Below, one piece after another: positions 28,117-39,913 of a stretch of 64,000 nt of DNA. Source of the DNA: an uncultured Acidobacteriota bacterium (GTDB lineage: Bacteria; Acidobacteriota; Thermoanaerobaculia; Multivoradales; UBA5704); the NCBI GenBank assembly GCA_963770895.1, contig CAVYRF010000002.1, positions 1,568,001-1,632,000 on the forward strand. Direction: 5' to 3'. The position numbers and the translations under genes are program-made. Below the pieces are notes generated by a model. It ran no database searches and was not told the DNA's origin. It saw only the letters and a list, made by a program, of their open reading frames with translations. The number at the start of each line of letters is the position of its first letter. The first letter of the stretch is position 1.

Positions 28117-28701
28117 ATGACCTTCATCAACTACGCGAGCAAGGAGATCAACTGCAAGATCGTCTACTACGGCCCCGGCCTGTGTGGCAAGACGACCAAC
28201 TTGCAGTACATCTATAACAAGACGTCGCCGGACTCGAAGGGCAAAATGATCTCGCTCGCCACCGAGGCCGACCGCACCCTGTTTTTCGACTTTTTGCCGC
28301 TGGACCTGGGCAGCATCCGCGGCTTCACCACCCGCTTTCACCTGTACACGGTGCCGGGGCAGGTGTTTTACGACGCCAGCCGCAAGCTCATCCTGAAGGG
28401 CGTCGACGGCGTGGTGTTCGTGGCGGACAGCCAGGACGAGCGGATGGAAGCCAACATCGAATCCATCCGCAACCTGGAACAGAACCTGAAAGAGCACGGT
28501 TTTGACCTGGCGAACATCCCCTATGCCCTGCAATTCAACAAGCGCGACCTGTCCAACGTAGCCCCGGCCGAAGAGATGTACCGCACGCTCAACTACAAGC
28601 GGGAACCCACCTTCGAAGCGGTGGCGACGACCGGCGTCGGCGTCTTCGACACCCTCAAGTCGGTCGCCAAGCAGATCCTGATCGAGCTCAAAAAGCGGTA
28701 G
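28117..28701 (+). CDS. mglA: MglA, small Ras-like GTPase
   Basis: [51 protein letters not shown]. Confidence 0.97.
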   Translation: MTFINYASKEINCKIVYYGPGLCGKTTNLQYIYNKTSPDSKGKMISLATEADRTLFFDFLPLDLGSIRGFTTRFHLYTVPGQVFYDASRKLILKGVDGVVFVADSQDERMEANIESIRNLEQNLKEHGFDLANIPYALQFNKRDLSNVAPAEEMYRTLNYKREPTFEAVATTGVGVFDTLKSVAKQILIELKKR

Positions 28702-28746
28702 TGCTGCGGCGCTGTCGTAAAGGCTAGCTGTTGAAGATGGCTGACG

Positions 28747-29829
28747 ATGGTTGAGGTCCCCGCGAACCGTCCTCCCGCATTGGCCGCGATCGGCGGCGGC
28801 ACCGGCCTGTCGGCGCTGCTGCGCGGCCTCAAGGCGTATACCGGCACGGCGCGCCTGGGGAGCCTGACCGGCGTCGTCACGGTCACCGACGACGGCGGCT
28901 CCTCGGGGCTGCTGCGCAAGGAATTCGGCGTCCTGCCGCCGGGCGACATCCGCAACTGCATCGTCGCGCTGGCCGACGATGAAGCCCTGCTGGCCCGCCT
29001 GTTCCAGTACCGCTTCCCCAATGGCGGCGGCCTGGTCGGACACTCCTTCGGCAATCTGTTTCTGACCGCCCTCACCGGCATCACCGGCGACTTTCACCAG
29101 GCGATCCTCACCGCCGAATCGATCCTCTCGGTGCGCGGCAAGGTCTATCCCGCGACCGTGACCGACGTGCGGTTGCGCGGCCGCGGCGTCTCGGGCGCGG
29201 TGTACGAAGGCGAAACTGCCATCGGCAGGGCGGGCACCGACCTGGACTCGATCGAGCTGGATCCGGCGGCACCGCCCGCCTTCCCGCCGGCGGTGGCGGC
29301 GCTGGAAAGCGCCGACGCCATCGTGCTGGGCCCCGGTTCGCTGTACACCTCGATCCTGCCCAACCTGCTCATCCCCGGCATCCGCCAGGCGTTCGGCAAC
29401 AGCCCGGCGCGGGTGATCCTGGTGCTCAACCTGATGACGCAGCCCGGCGAAACGGACGCCATGATGGCGGCGGCGCACCTGCGGGCGATCGAGCGCCACG
29501 TGCGGGCCGGCTTCGTCCACACGGTCCTCTACAACGCGACACCCATCCCCCAGGCGCTGCTCGCCCATTACGCCAAGGCCGGCTCCGAGCCGGTCACCGT
29601 CCAGGGGGACGCCCTGCGGCGCTCGGGCGTCGAGGTGGTCGCCGCCGACCTGCTGGCCGAAGGCGACCTGGTCCGCCACGATTCCGCCAAGGTGGCGCGG
29701 GCGGTGCTCGACCTGGTGGCCCCGGCGGCCGCGCCCGTGGCCGCGCAGCCGCGCGGCAGCCATCGCGCGCCCGCCGGCCAGGCCGCCGCCGTCGCCGCCG
29801 CCGGCCCGCGCGGCGCCTTGCCCGACTGA
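28747..29829 (+). CDS. yvcK: YvcK/GlmR (UPF0052/CofD-like) UDP-GlcNAc-binding protein
   Basis: IGGGTGL, DDGGSSG.LR, PPGDIRNC, GHSFGNL, GPGSLYTS, NLMTQPGET, VRHD. Confidence 0.93.
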   Translation: MVEVPANRPPALAAIGGGTGLSALLRGLKAYTGTARLGSLTGVVTVTDDGGSSGLLRKEFGVLPPGDIRNCIVALADDEALLARLFQYRFPNGGGLVGHSFGNLFLTALTGITGDFHQAILTAESILSVRGKVYPATVTDVRLRGRGVSGAVYEGETAIGRAGTDLDSIELDPAAPPAFPPAVAALESADAIVLGPGSLYTSILPNLLIPGIRQAFGNSPARVILVLNLMTQPGETDAMMAAAHLRAIERHVRAGFVHTVLYNATPIPQALLAHYAKAGSEPVTVQGDALRRSGVEVVAADLLAEGDLVRHDSAKVARAVLDLVAPAAAPVAAQPRGSHRAPAGQAAAVAAAGPRGALPD

Positions 29830-31106
29830 TGGCCGCCATGACGCCGCCGGTTGCCGTCGTGCTGGCCGCCGGCCGCGGCACCCGCATGCGCTCGCGGCTG
29901 CCCAAGGTGCTGCACCAGGCCGCCGGCCGGCCGCTGCTGGCGTGGGTGCTGGACGCGGCGCGCGCCGCCGGCTGCGGCCGCATTCTGGTGGTCGTCGGGC
30001 ACGGCGGCGAGCAGGTGCGCGCCGCGATCGCCGGCGACGACATCACCTGGGTGACGCAGCACGAGCAGCGCGGCACCGGTCACGCCCTGGCCCAGGTGGC
30101 GCCGCACGTCGCGGGCGAAGCCCTGCTGCTGGTGCTGTCGGGCGACGTGCCGCTGGTCGGCGCCGCGACCCTGCGGCGGCTGCTGGCGGCGGCCGGCGCG
30201 GCGACGCCGGCGGCGGGGCCAGGCGGGGGCGGCCGGGAGGAGAGCGGCGCCGGCGGCGCACCGGAGGAAGGCGGCCCCTGGGGCGCCATGGCGGTCGCCG
30301 ACCTGAACGATCCGGGCCGGCTGGGGCGGGTGATCGCCGGCGACGGCGGCGACGGCGGCGATACCGAAGCCAAGGGAGCCAACGGCGGCAGCCGTGGCGG
30401 CGACGGCGTCCTGCGGCGCATCGTCGAAGCGGCGGATGCCGGACCGGCGGAGCTGGCGCTGCGGACGGTCAACGCCGGCCTGTATGCCCTGCCGGCGCCG
30501 GAGATCTTCGCCTTCCTGGACCGGCTGTCGCCGGCCAATGCCCAGGGCGAGCTCTACCTGACCGACGCCGTCACCGCCGCCGCGGCGGCCGGGCGGCGGG
30601 TGCACCTGGTGCGCCTGGACCAGCCGCTCGAAGCGCAAGGGGTCAACGACCGGCGGGAGCTGGCGGCGGCGCACCGGTGGCTGCTCGACCGCCACCTGGA
30701 ACGCCTGATGGATGCCGGGGTCGGCGTGATGGAGCCGGCGCGCACGGTGGTCGAGCCGACGGTCTGTGTCGGCGCCGATACGGTGATCCACCCACAGGTG
30801 TCGCTGCTGGGCAACACCCGGGTGGGCGCGGGATGCGTGCTGCACCAGGGCGCCTGGGTGCGCGACAGCCAGCTGGCCGACGCGGTGATCGTCCACCCCT
30901 ACAGCGTGCTGGACGGCGCGGTCGTCGCCGCGGACTGCAGCGTCGGGCCGTTCGCCCGCCTGGGGCCGGCATCCCCCTTGCTACCGGGTGCCCGCATGGG
31001 CGACGTGCACCGGAGCGGCGATGACGCCGATCACCCCGATCGCGCCGATCGCGATGATCGCGAGGGTGAGGCCGCGGGCGGACAGCGCCGCCGGGAAGGG
31101 GACTGA
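29829..31106 (+). CDS. glmU: GlmU-like UDP-GlcNAc pyrophosphorylase with truncated acetyltransferase domain
   Basis: LAAGRGTRM.S.LPKVLH, Q.GTGHA, LSGDVPL, NAQGE.YLTD, GVNDR; the beta-helix ends shortly after VGPFARL in a charged tail. Confidence 0.88.
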   Translation: MAAMTPPVAVVLAAGRGTRMRSRLPKVLHQAAGRPLLAWVLDAARAAGCGRILVVVGHGGEQVRAAIAGDDITWVTQHEQRGTGHALAQVAPHVAGEALLLVLSGDVPLVGAATLRRLLAAAGAATPAAGPGGGGREESGAGGAPEEGGPWGAMAVADLNDPGRLGRVIAGDGGDGGDTEAKGANGGSRGGDGVLRRIVEAADAGPAELALRTVNAGLYALPAPEIFAFLDRLSPANAQGELYLTDAVTAAAAAGRRVHLVRLDQPLEAQGVNDRRELAAAHRWLLDRHLERLMDAGVGVMEPARTVVEPTVCVGADTVIHPQVSLLGNTRVGAGCVLHQGAWVRDSQLADAVIVHPYSVLDGAVVAADCSVGPFARLGPASPLLPGARMGDVHRSGDDADHPDRADRDDREGEAAGGQRRREGD

Positions 31107-31110
31107 CCCG

Positions 31111-33042
31111 ATGTGCGGGATCGTTGGCTACGTCGGCCACAAGGACGTGGTGCCGCTGCTGATGGAAGGTTTGCAGCGGCTGGAGTACCGGGGATACGAC
31201 TCGGCCGGGGTGGTGGCGGTGGCCGACGACCAGCTGTGCACCCTCAAGGCCGAAGGCAAGCTGGAACACCTGCGCGAAAAGGTCGCCCGCCAGCCGCTTG
31301 CCGGCCACTACGGGCTGGGCCACACGCGCTGGGCTACGCACGGGCCGCCCAGCGAGCGCAACGCCCACCCGATGCTCGATTCGCGCCGGCGCGTGGCGCT
31401 CATCCACAACGGCATCATCGAAAACTTCCTGCCGCTCAAGAAGCGCCTGCAGGCCGAAGGCTGGACCTTCAGCTCGGACACCGACACCGAGGTGGTCGCC
31501 AACCTCATCTCGTCCTACCTGGACCAGGGCGGCGGCCTGCGCCGGGCGGTCGCCCGCGCCTGCGCCGAGGTGGAGGGGATGTACGCCTTCGCGGTGGTGG
31601 CGGTCGGCCAGGGCGCGCACGACGGCAGCGGCAACGGCGCCGGTGCCCATGCCGACGATCGCGACCGTCAGGAGATCGTCGCCGCCCGCCAGGGGCCGCC
31701 GCTGGCGATCGGCCTCGGACGCGGCGAGCAGTACCTGGCCTCCGATCCCGCGGCGCTTTTGGCGCACACCCGCGACGTCATCTTTCTGGAAAACGGCGAC
31801 CTCGCCAGCCTGAAGCCGGGCGGCGTGACGATCTGGGACCGCGCCGGCAACCCTGTCGAACGCGCCGTCCAGCACCTCAACTGGGACCCCGTGCAGGCTG
31901 AAAAGGGCGGCTACAAGCACTTCATGCTCAAGGAGATCCACGAGCAGAGCCAGGCCGTGCAGGACACCCTGGGGGCCAGGGTCGACTTCGCGCGCGGCGA
32001 GGTGCTGGCGCAGGCGCTGGAGCTGCCGCTGGATGCGCTGCGGCAGGTCGAACGGCTGCAGCTGCTGGCCTGCGGCACCTCGTGGCATGCCGCCCTGATC
32101 GGCAAGTTCATGATCGAGGAGATCGCGCGCGTGCCGGTCGAAGTGGACTACGGCTCCGAATACCGCTATCGCAACCCGATCGTGGACCGGCGCGTGCTGG
32201 CCGTCGGCATCTCGCAGTCCGGTGAAACCGCCGACACCGTTTCGGCGATGGAGATCGCGCGCCACCGCGGCGCCCGCATCCTCTGCGTCTGCAACGTCCA
32301 GGGGAGCGAGGCCACGCGGCTGAGCGAGGGCGTGATCTACACCCATGCCGGCCCCGAGATCGGCGTCGCCTCGACCAAGGCCTTCACCACCCAGCTGGTG
32401 GCGCTCTACCTGCTGGCCGTGCTGCTGCGCCAGACGCGGGCTCCCGGCGCCGGCGGCAACGGCGGCGGAGCCGGCGGCGCCACGGACGACGCGGTGCAGC
32501 TGCGCCGCTACGTCGAGGACCTGGCGCACCTGCCGCAGGCGGTCGACGAAGTGCTGCGGCGCCAGGCGGCGCCGATGGAAGAGCTGGCGCGCCGCCATTT
32601 CCGCGCCGAAAGCTTTCTCTACCTCGGCCGCGGCATCAACTATCCGATCGCCCTCGAAGGCGCGCTCAAGCTCAAGGAGATCTCCTACATCCACGCCGAG
32701 GGCTATCCCGCCGGCGAGATGAAGCACGGCCCGATCGCGCTGATCGACCAGAGCATGCCGGTGGTGGCGCTCGCCACCGGCAGCCAGGTCTTCGAGAAGA
32801 TGAAGGGCAACCTGCAGGAGGTGAAGGCGCGCGACGGCGTGGTGATCGCGGTCACCGACCGCGACCCCGAAGAGCTCGACGGCATCGCCGATGAGATCAT
32901 CACCGTTCCCACCGTGTCGCCGCTGCTGCAGCCGGTGGTCAACGTCGTCCCCCTGCAGCTCCTCGCCTATTACATCGGCGTCCGCCGCGGCGCCGACGTG
33001 GACCAGCCACGCAACCTGGCCAAGAGCGTCACCGTCGAGTAG
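31111..33042 (+). CDS. glmS: Glutamine--fructose-6-phosphate aminotransferase (isomerizing)
   Basis: Starts MCGIVG at 31111; LEYRGYDSAG, GHTRWATHG, SQSGETADT, EGALKLKEISY, PRNLAKSVTVE. Confidence 0.98.
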   Translation: MCGIVGYVGHKDVVPLLMEGLQRLEYRGYDSAGVVAVADDQLCTLKAEGKLEHLREKVARQPLAGHYGLGHTRWATHGPPSERNAHPMLDSRRRVALIHNGIIENFLPLKKRLQAEGWTFSSDTDTEVVANLISSYLDQGGGLRRAVARACAEVEGMYAFAVVAVGQGAHDGSGNGAGAHADDRDRQEIVAARQGPPLAIGLGRGEQYLASDPAALLAHTRDVIFLENGDLASLKPGGVTIWDRAGNPVERAVQHLNWDPVQAEKGGYKHFMLKEIHEQSQAVQDTLGARVDFARGEVLAQALELPLDALRQVERLQLLACGTSWHAALIGKFMIEEIARVPVEVDYGSEYRYRNPIVDRRVLAVGISQSGETADTVSAMEIARHRGARILCVCNVQGSEATRLSEGVIYTHAGPEIGVASTKAFTTQLVALYLLAVLLRQTRAPGAGGNGGGAGGATDDAVQLRRYVEDLAHLPQAVDEVLRRQAAPMEELARRHFRAESFLYLGRGINYPIALEGALKLKEISYIHAEGYPAGEMKHGPIALIDQSMPVVALATGSQVFEKMKGNLQEVKARDGVVIAVTDRDPEELDGIADEIITVPTVSPLLQPVVNVVPLQLLAYYIGVRRGADVDQPRNLAKSVTVE

Positions 33043-34904
33043 AGCGTCCGGCGGCGGACCTCTACGCCGAGCGCCGCGGCCGCTGGCTGGCCGAAGAGCG
33101 GCGGCTGGGCGCCATCTCGCTGCGCCTGTCGATCGCGCGCGGCATCGTCTTCGCGGCCTTCGCCGCCTGCCTGGCGTGGCTGCTCGCCGCCGCCCGGCAT
33201 CCGCCCGCGGCGGCGGAGTGGGGCGCCGGCGCGGCGCTCGCGGTCTTCATCGTCCTGGCGGCGGTGCACGCGCTACGGCTGCGCCGCCAGCGCCAGGTCG
33301 CCGTCCTGCGGCAGATCAACGAAGAGGGCCTGGCCCGCCTGGACCGCGACTGGGACCGCCTGCCCCTGCCCACCGAACCGCCGCGCGGCGACCTGCCCTC
33401 TTTGGCGCGCGACCTGGACCTGTTCGGCCGCGCCTCGCTGTTCCACCTGCTCGGCACGGCGCACACTCCCGCCGCCAAGGCGCTGCTGCGCGACCGGCTG
33501 GCGGGACGGCCGGCAGTGGCGGCGGACATCCCCGACGCCCAGGCGGCGGTCGCCGAGCTGGCCGGCGAGCTCGACCTGCGCCAGCGGCTGGAGGCCGCGA
33601 CGCGGGGCCTGGAACGCCACCCGCCCGATTGCGAGCCGTTCCTGCGCTGGGCCGAAGCGGAACCGTGGCTGCGCCGGCGGCCGGCGCTGCTCTGGCTGGC
33701 GCGCATCGCCACCGCGGCGACGCTGGCAAGCCTTGGCGCGGCGGTCGCCGGGGAGACGGGGGTGCGGCCGCTCCTGCTGCTGGCCGCCTTCAACCTGGCG
33801 CTCAGCTTCGTCACCGCCAGGTGGGTGCAGCCGCGCCTGGGCGACGCCGGCACGCGGCGCGAAGCGATCCTGCTGTACGCCACTGCCCTGGGGGTGGTGG
33901 ATTCGCACCCCTTCGCCAGTCCGCGCCTGCGCGCGGTGGCGGCGCCCCTGGCGCCGGCGGCCGGGCCGAGCGCGCACGCCGCGCTGGCAAAGCTGGAGAC
34001 GCGCCTCAGCTATGCCGACCTGCGCCACGCGGCGCCGCTGCACTTCCTGTTGCAGGCGCTGACCCTGTGGGATTTCCACGTGCTGGCGGCGCTGGAAACG
34101 TGGCAGGGCGGCGCCGGCCGCCGGGCGCGCGCATGGCTCGGGGCGCTGGGCGAGATCGAGACGCTGGCGGCGCTGGCAACGCTGTGCTTCGAGGAGCCCG
34201 CCTGGTGCTTCCCCAGGATCGCCGACGACGCCGCGGAATTTGCCGCGCAGGCCCTGGGCCACCCGCTGCTGCCGGCGGCGCGGCGCGTCGCCAACGACGT
34301 CGCGGTGGGGCCGGCGGGGACGTTCCTGCTGGTGACGGGCTCCAACATGTCGGGCAAGAGCACGCTGCTGCGCGCCATCGGCCTGAATGTCGTGCTGGCG
34401 CAGGCGGGGGGACCGGCGTGCGCCGCGGCGCTCAGCCTGCCGCCGCTCGCCCTGGCGACCAGCATCCTGGTGGAGGACTCGTTGGCGGCCGGCGTGTCCT
34501 TCTACCTGGCGGAGCTGCTGCGCATCAAGGCGGTGGTGACGGCGGCGGACGACGCCCGCGCTGCTGGCGGGGGCGGGGCCGAGGGCGGCGGCGGCGCGCT
34601 GCTCTACCTGCTGGACGAAGTGCTGCGCGGCACCAACAGCGCCGAGCGCCGCATCGCCGTGCGCCACGTGCTGCGCCACCTGCTGTCGCGCGGTGCGCTG
34701 GGCGCCATTTCGACCCACGACCTGGAGCTCGCGGCCGGCGAGCCGGAGATCGGCGCCGCCGCCCGCCCGGTGCACTTCCGCGAGACGCTGAGCGGCGGCC
34801 GCGAAGGGCCGCGGATGAGCTTCGACTACCGCCTGCGGCCAGGCATCGCGACGACCACCAACGCCCTGGAGCTGCTGCGGCAGGTGGGCCTGGGCGAAGA
34901 GTAG
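33039..34904 (+). CDS. MutS-related membrane-associated ATPase (MutS domain V); start codon uncertain
   Basis: DLDLFG..SLF, GHPLL, TGSNMSGKSTLLR, DEVLRGTNS, STHDL, FDYRLRPG; the frame is open back to the glmS stop and includes N-terminal TM helices missed by the track. Confidence 0.82.
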   Translation, partial: VERPAADLYAERRGRWLAEERRLGAISLRLSIARGIVFAAFAACLAWLLAAARHPPAAAEWGAGAALAVFIVLAAVHALRLRRQRQVAVLRQINEEGLARLDRDWDRLPLPTEPPRGDLPSLARDLDLFGRASLFHLLGTAHTPAAKALLRDRLAGRPAVAADIPDAQAAVAELAGELDLRQRLEAATRGLERHPPDCEPFLRWAEAEPWLRRRPALLWLARIATAATLASLGAAVAGETGVRPLLLLAAFNLALSFVTARWVQPRLGDAGTRREAILLYATALGVVDSHPFASPRLRAVAAPLAPAAGPSAHAALAKLETRLSYADLRHAAPLHFLLQALTLWDFHVLAALETWQGGAGRRARAWLGALGEIETLAALATLCFEEPAWCFPRIADDAAEFAAQALGHPLLPAARRVANDVAVGPAGTFLLVTGSNMSGKSTLLRAIGLNVVLAQAGGPACAAALSLPPLALATSILVEDSLAAGVSFYLAELLRIKAVVTAADDARAAGGGGAEGGGGALLYLLDEVLRGTNSAERRIAVRHVLRHLLSRGALGAISTHDLELAAGEPEIGAAARPVHFRETLSGGREGPRMSFDYRLRPGIATTTNALELLRQVGLGEE

Positions 34905-35018
34905 CCGGCCCCGCGGCAAAAGCCGCGATGCGTGTCCCGCCCGCACCAGCGGCGCGGCGGCCGTGCGCAGCAAGTCAGGAAGTCGGGAGGGTAAGACGGG
35001 AGGACCAGGAGGAGCACA

Positions 35019-35049
35019 CCCGGCAGCCGCGAAAGCCGCGGCTGCCGGG
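35019..35049. terminator. Hairpin between convergent mutS-like and hppA genes
   Basis: CCCGGCAGCCGCG-AAAGC-CGCGGCTGCCGGG, a 13-bp perfect stem. Confidence 0.65.
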
Positions 35050-35057
35050 CGACCGGA

Positions 35058-37504
<2,447 letters not shown>

Positions 37505-37818
37505 AACCTTTCCTCCAGATTCCAGGGAGCCAGAAAGTCGCAGCGCGCGCCTGCGCTGGCCCGTTTGCCGCCAGTACCTGTACCGGCATGCCGGGCGGCC
37601 TGCCGCGCTGATGATCCTCGTTGAATGGAGCCCGCGGGCGCGATCCTGGGGGGATCCCCCCTTCCCGCCACGAGCCAGACCGGAGACGCCGCGCCGCGCA
37701 AGATCGCGAGGGCAGCCTACGGAACGCCGAAGGCTATCACAGCTCATGTGACGAGCTGAAGCACCCCTGCGGAAATGTCGGGCAGCGGGCGGGCGGAAGG
37801 CCAGGCGGTGGCGCACCG

Positions 37819-37848
37819 GGCGACCCTCCATAGGCGACCCTCTATACT
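37819..37848. promoter_or_regulatory. 14-bp tandem direct repeat overlapping a -10 box in the hppA/VWA divergent region
   Basis: GGCGACCCTCCATA GGCGACCCTCTATA (37819-37846); TATACT at 37843-37848 lies 7 nt before ATG 37856. Confidence 0.45.
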
Positions 37849-37855
37849 TGCGGTC

Positions 37856-39805
37856 ATGGGCGATCTGAGGGGACTTGGCCGTGGGGTCCGGCGCTTGGCT
37901 GGGCGCGGCTCCGGTGCCGGCTTGGCGGGCGCGATGGCGGCGGGGGTGTTGGTGGTGGCGGCGACCCTGGCAGGGGCAGCGGTGCTGAATGGCGCGCAGG
38001 CCGGCGGCGCGACCGCAGTCCCCGCGGCGGCACCGGCGACTCCGGCGGGTCCGACGGCGGCACCGGCGGGGGCGGCGGCCGCGGGGGCGACTCCGGCCGC
38101 GGCACCGGGGGACGCGGGGGCGCCGGCGGCGCCGGCCGGCACGGCGGACGAAGCGATCGACGTCTCGGTGGTCAACGTCGACGTGGTGGTGCGCGACACG
38201 GACGGCAAGCAGGTCCAGGGGCTGCGGCGGCAAGACTTCACCCTGTTCGTCGACGGCAAGAAGGTGGCGCTGTCCAACTTCTGGGCGGCCGGCGGTGGCG
38301 CGGACGGCGGGGGGCCCGCGTCCGGCGGCGCGGCGGCGCCGGCGGCCTCAGCGGCAACGGCGGACGCCGGCGCCGGCGCGGCGGGCGCCGCGGGGCGGCC
38401 GCAGCTCAACCTGGTGCTGTTTGTCGACAACGCCAACATGCGGCCGTTCGACCGCAACCGGCTGCTCGGGCAGGTGCGCACGTTCCTGCAGAAGACGCTG
38501 GCGGCCGGCGACCGGGTGATGGTGGTCAGCCACGATCCCGGGCTGCACGTGCGGCATGCGTTCACCGACAGCGTCGCGACGCTCGACGGCGCGCTCGACC
38601 AGCTGGCAAGGCAGGCGCCGGCTGGCCTCGGGCGCGAATCGGCGAAGCGCCAGGCGGTGATCGAGATGATCAACGACATCATGGAGGACGGCTGCAAGGC
38701 CGGCCTCATGGAGGCCCAGAACGTGGCCAAGACCCAGGCGGACATCGACCTGGGCAATGCCCGGCAGCTGTATGCCGACCTCCATCACGTGGTCAAGGCG
38801 CTGGGCGGCGTGGAAGGGCAGCGGGCGCTGGTCTACGTCGGCGACGGCGTGCCGACCATGGTGGGCACGGACCTGTTCGGTCTGCTCGGCGAGCAGTGCC
38901 CCACGACCGACGGGATGCGCGCCAGCACCGAAACCATCAACGCCACGGCGCCGATGCGGCAGGTGATCGCCGACGCCAATGCCAACCTGGTGACGTTCTT
39001 TCCGCTGGAGGCCGCCGGCGTGCAGCAGTCCTACGCCCAGGTTACCGGCGAGCCGCTGCAGTCGGCGGCGCTGATCCAGCAGGCCGACTCCGACCGCCAG
39101 GACTCGTTGCTCAACCTGGGGCGTGAGACGGGCGGCCGCGCCGTGCTCGCCGGCGGCGACCTGGCCAGCGGTCTTGAAACGGTCGGCGCCGAGCTGCGCG
39201 GCGCCTATTCGCTGGGCTTCACGCCGCCTCCGGCGGCCTGGAGCGAGCGGCACGACATCCGCGTCCAGCTCGGCCGCCCGGGCCTGACCGCCACCTATCG
39301 CACCAGCTACTGGAACCGCACCCCGACCGAGCGGCTGGAAGCCCAGGTCGAATCGGCGCTGCTGTCCGGGGTTGCCGACAATCCGTTCGGCGCGTCCTTG
39401 CAGGTCGGCGCCGGCCAGCCCGCCGAGCACGGCCGGGTGCTGCTGCCGGTCAAGTTGAAGGTACCGTTCGGCCGGCTCTCCCTGGTGCCCGCGGAGGACG
39501 GCGGTCTGCACGGCCGGCTGGGGATCGTCGCCGGCGCCATCGACGAGCACGGCGAGGTGTCGGCTCTGCAGCGCTTCCTGCTGCCCCTGCGGATTCCCGA
39601 AGCGGAGGCGAGGCGGACGCTGGCCAGCCAGCTGGGCTATGACGTGAAGCTGCTGCTGGCTCCGGGGCGGCAGCGGCTGGCCTTTGCCTTGCGCGACGAA
39701 GTGGCGCACACCTCGGCTTGCGTGGTCGAGGATCTCGACGTGGCCAAGACCGGCATCACCTCCGCGACACCGGTGCCCGACCCCGCCGCCAGCGCCGCGC
39801 ATTAG
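37856..39805 (+). CDS. VWFA-related acidobacterial domain protein (secreted)
   Basis: E.IDVSVVNVDVVV.D..GK.V.GL...DF.L..DGK, LVLFVDN, ALVYVGDG, ETGGRA, YSLGF....H.IRV; start uncertain. Confidence 0.85.
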   Translation: MGDLRGLGRGVRRLAGRGSGAGLAGAMAAGVLVVAATLAGAAVLNGAQAGGATAVPAAAPATPAGPTAAPAGAAAAGATPAAAPGDAGAPAAPAGTADEAIDVSVVNVDVVVRDTDGKQVQGLRRQDFTLFVDGKKVALSNFWAAGGGADGGGPASGGAAAPAASAATADAGAGAAGAAGRPQLNLVLFVDNANMRPFDRNRLLGQVRTFLQKTLAAGDRVMVVSHDPGLHVRHAFTDSVATLDGALDQLARQAPAGLGRESAKRQAVIEMINDIMEDGCKAGLMEAQNVAKTQADIDLGNARQLYADLHHVVKALGGVEGQRALVYVGDGVPTMVGTDLFGLLGEQCPTTDGMRASTETINATAPMRQVIADANANLVTFFPLEAAGVQQSYAQVTGEPLQSAALIQQADSDRQDSLLNLGRETGGRAVLAGGDLASGLETVGAELRGAYSLGFTPPPAAWSERHDIRVQLGRPGLTATYRTSYWNRTPTERLEAQVESALLSGVADNPFGASLQVGAGQPAEHGRVLLPVKLKVPFGRLSLVPAEDGGLHGRLGIVAGAIDEHGEVSALQRFLLPLRIPEAEARRTLASQLGYDVKLLLAPGRQRLAFALRDEVAHTSACVVEDLDVAKTGITSATPVPDPAASAAH

Positions 39806-39913
39806 CACCTCCGAGAAGACTCGGCTCACCTATAATGGGGCCGGTCTGTAAGGGTCCTCTAGAACAGCACGGGATGTCTTCCACGTGCGGAAGTGTCTCC
39901 CCAGGAGGGACGG

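Noticed and set aside
30988-31110. 41-aa N-terminal extension of GlmS in the ORF track, or a glmS ribozyme
   Set aside because: GlmS needs Cys at the mature N-terminus, so it starts at 31111; the upstream bases are glmU coding sequence, leaving no room for a ribozyme.
37590-37625. GCTGATGATCCTC resembling the 3' end of a fluoride riboswitch near hppA
   Set aside because: It is on the wrong strand for hppA and the 5' GGCGATGG element is missing.
39876-39895. TCTTCCACGTGCGGAAG as a possible parS site
   Set aside because: Too divergent from the TGTTTCACGTGAAACA palindrome.
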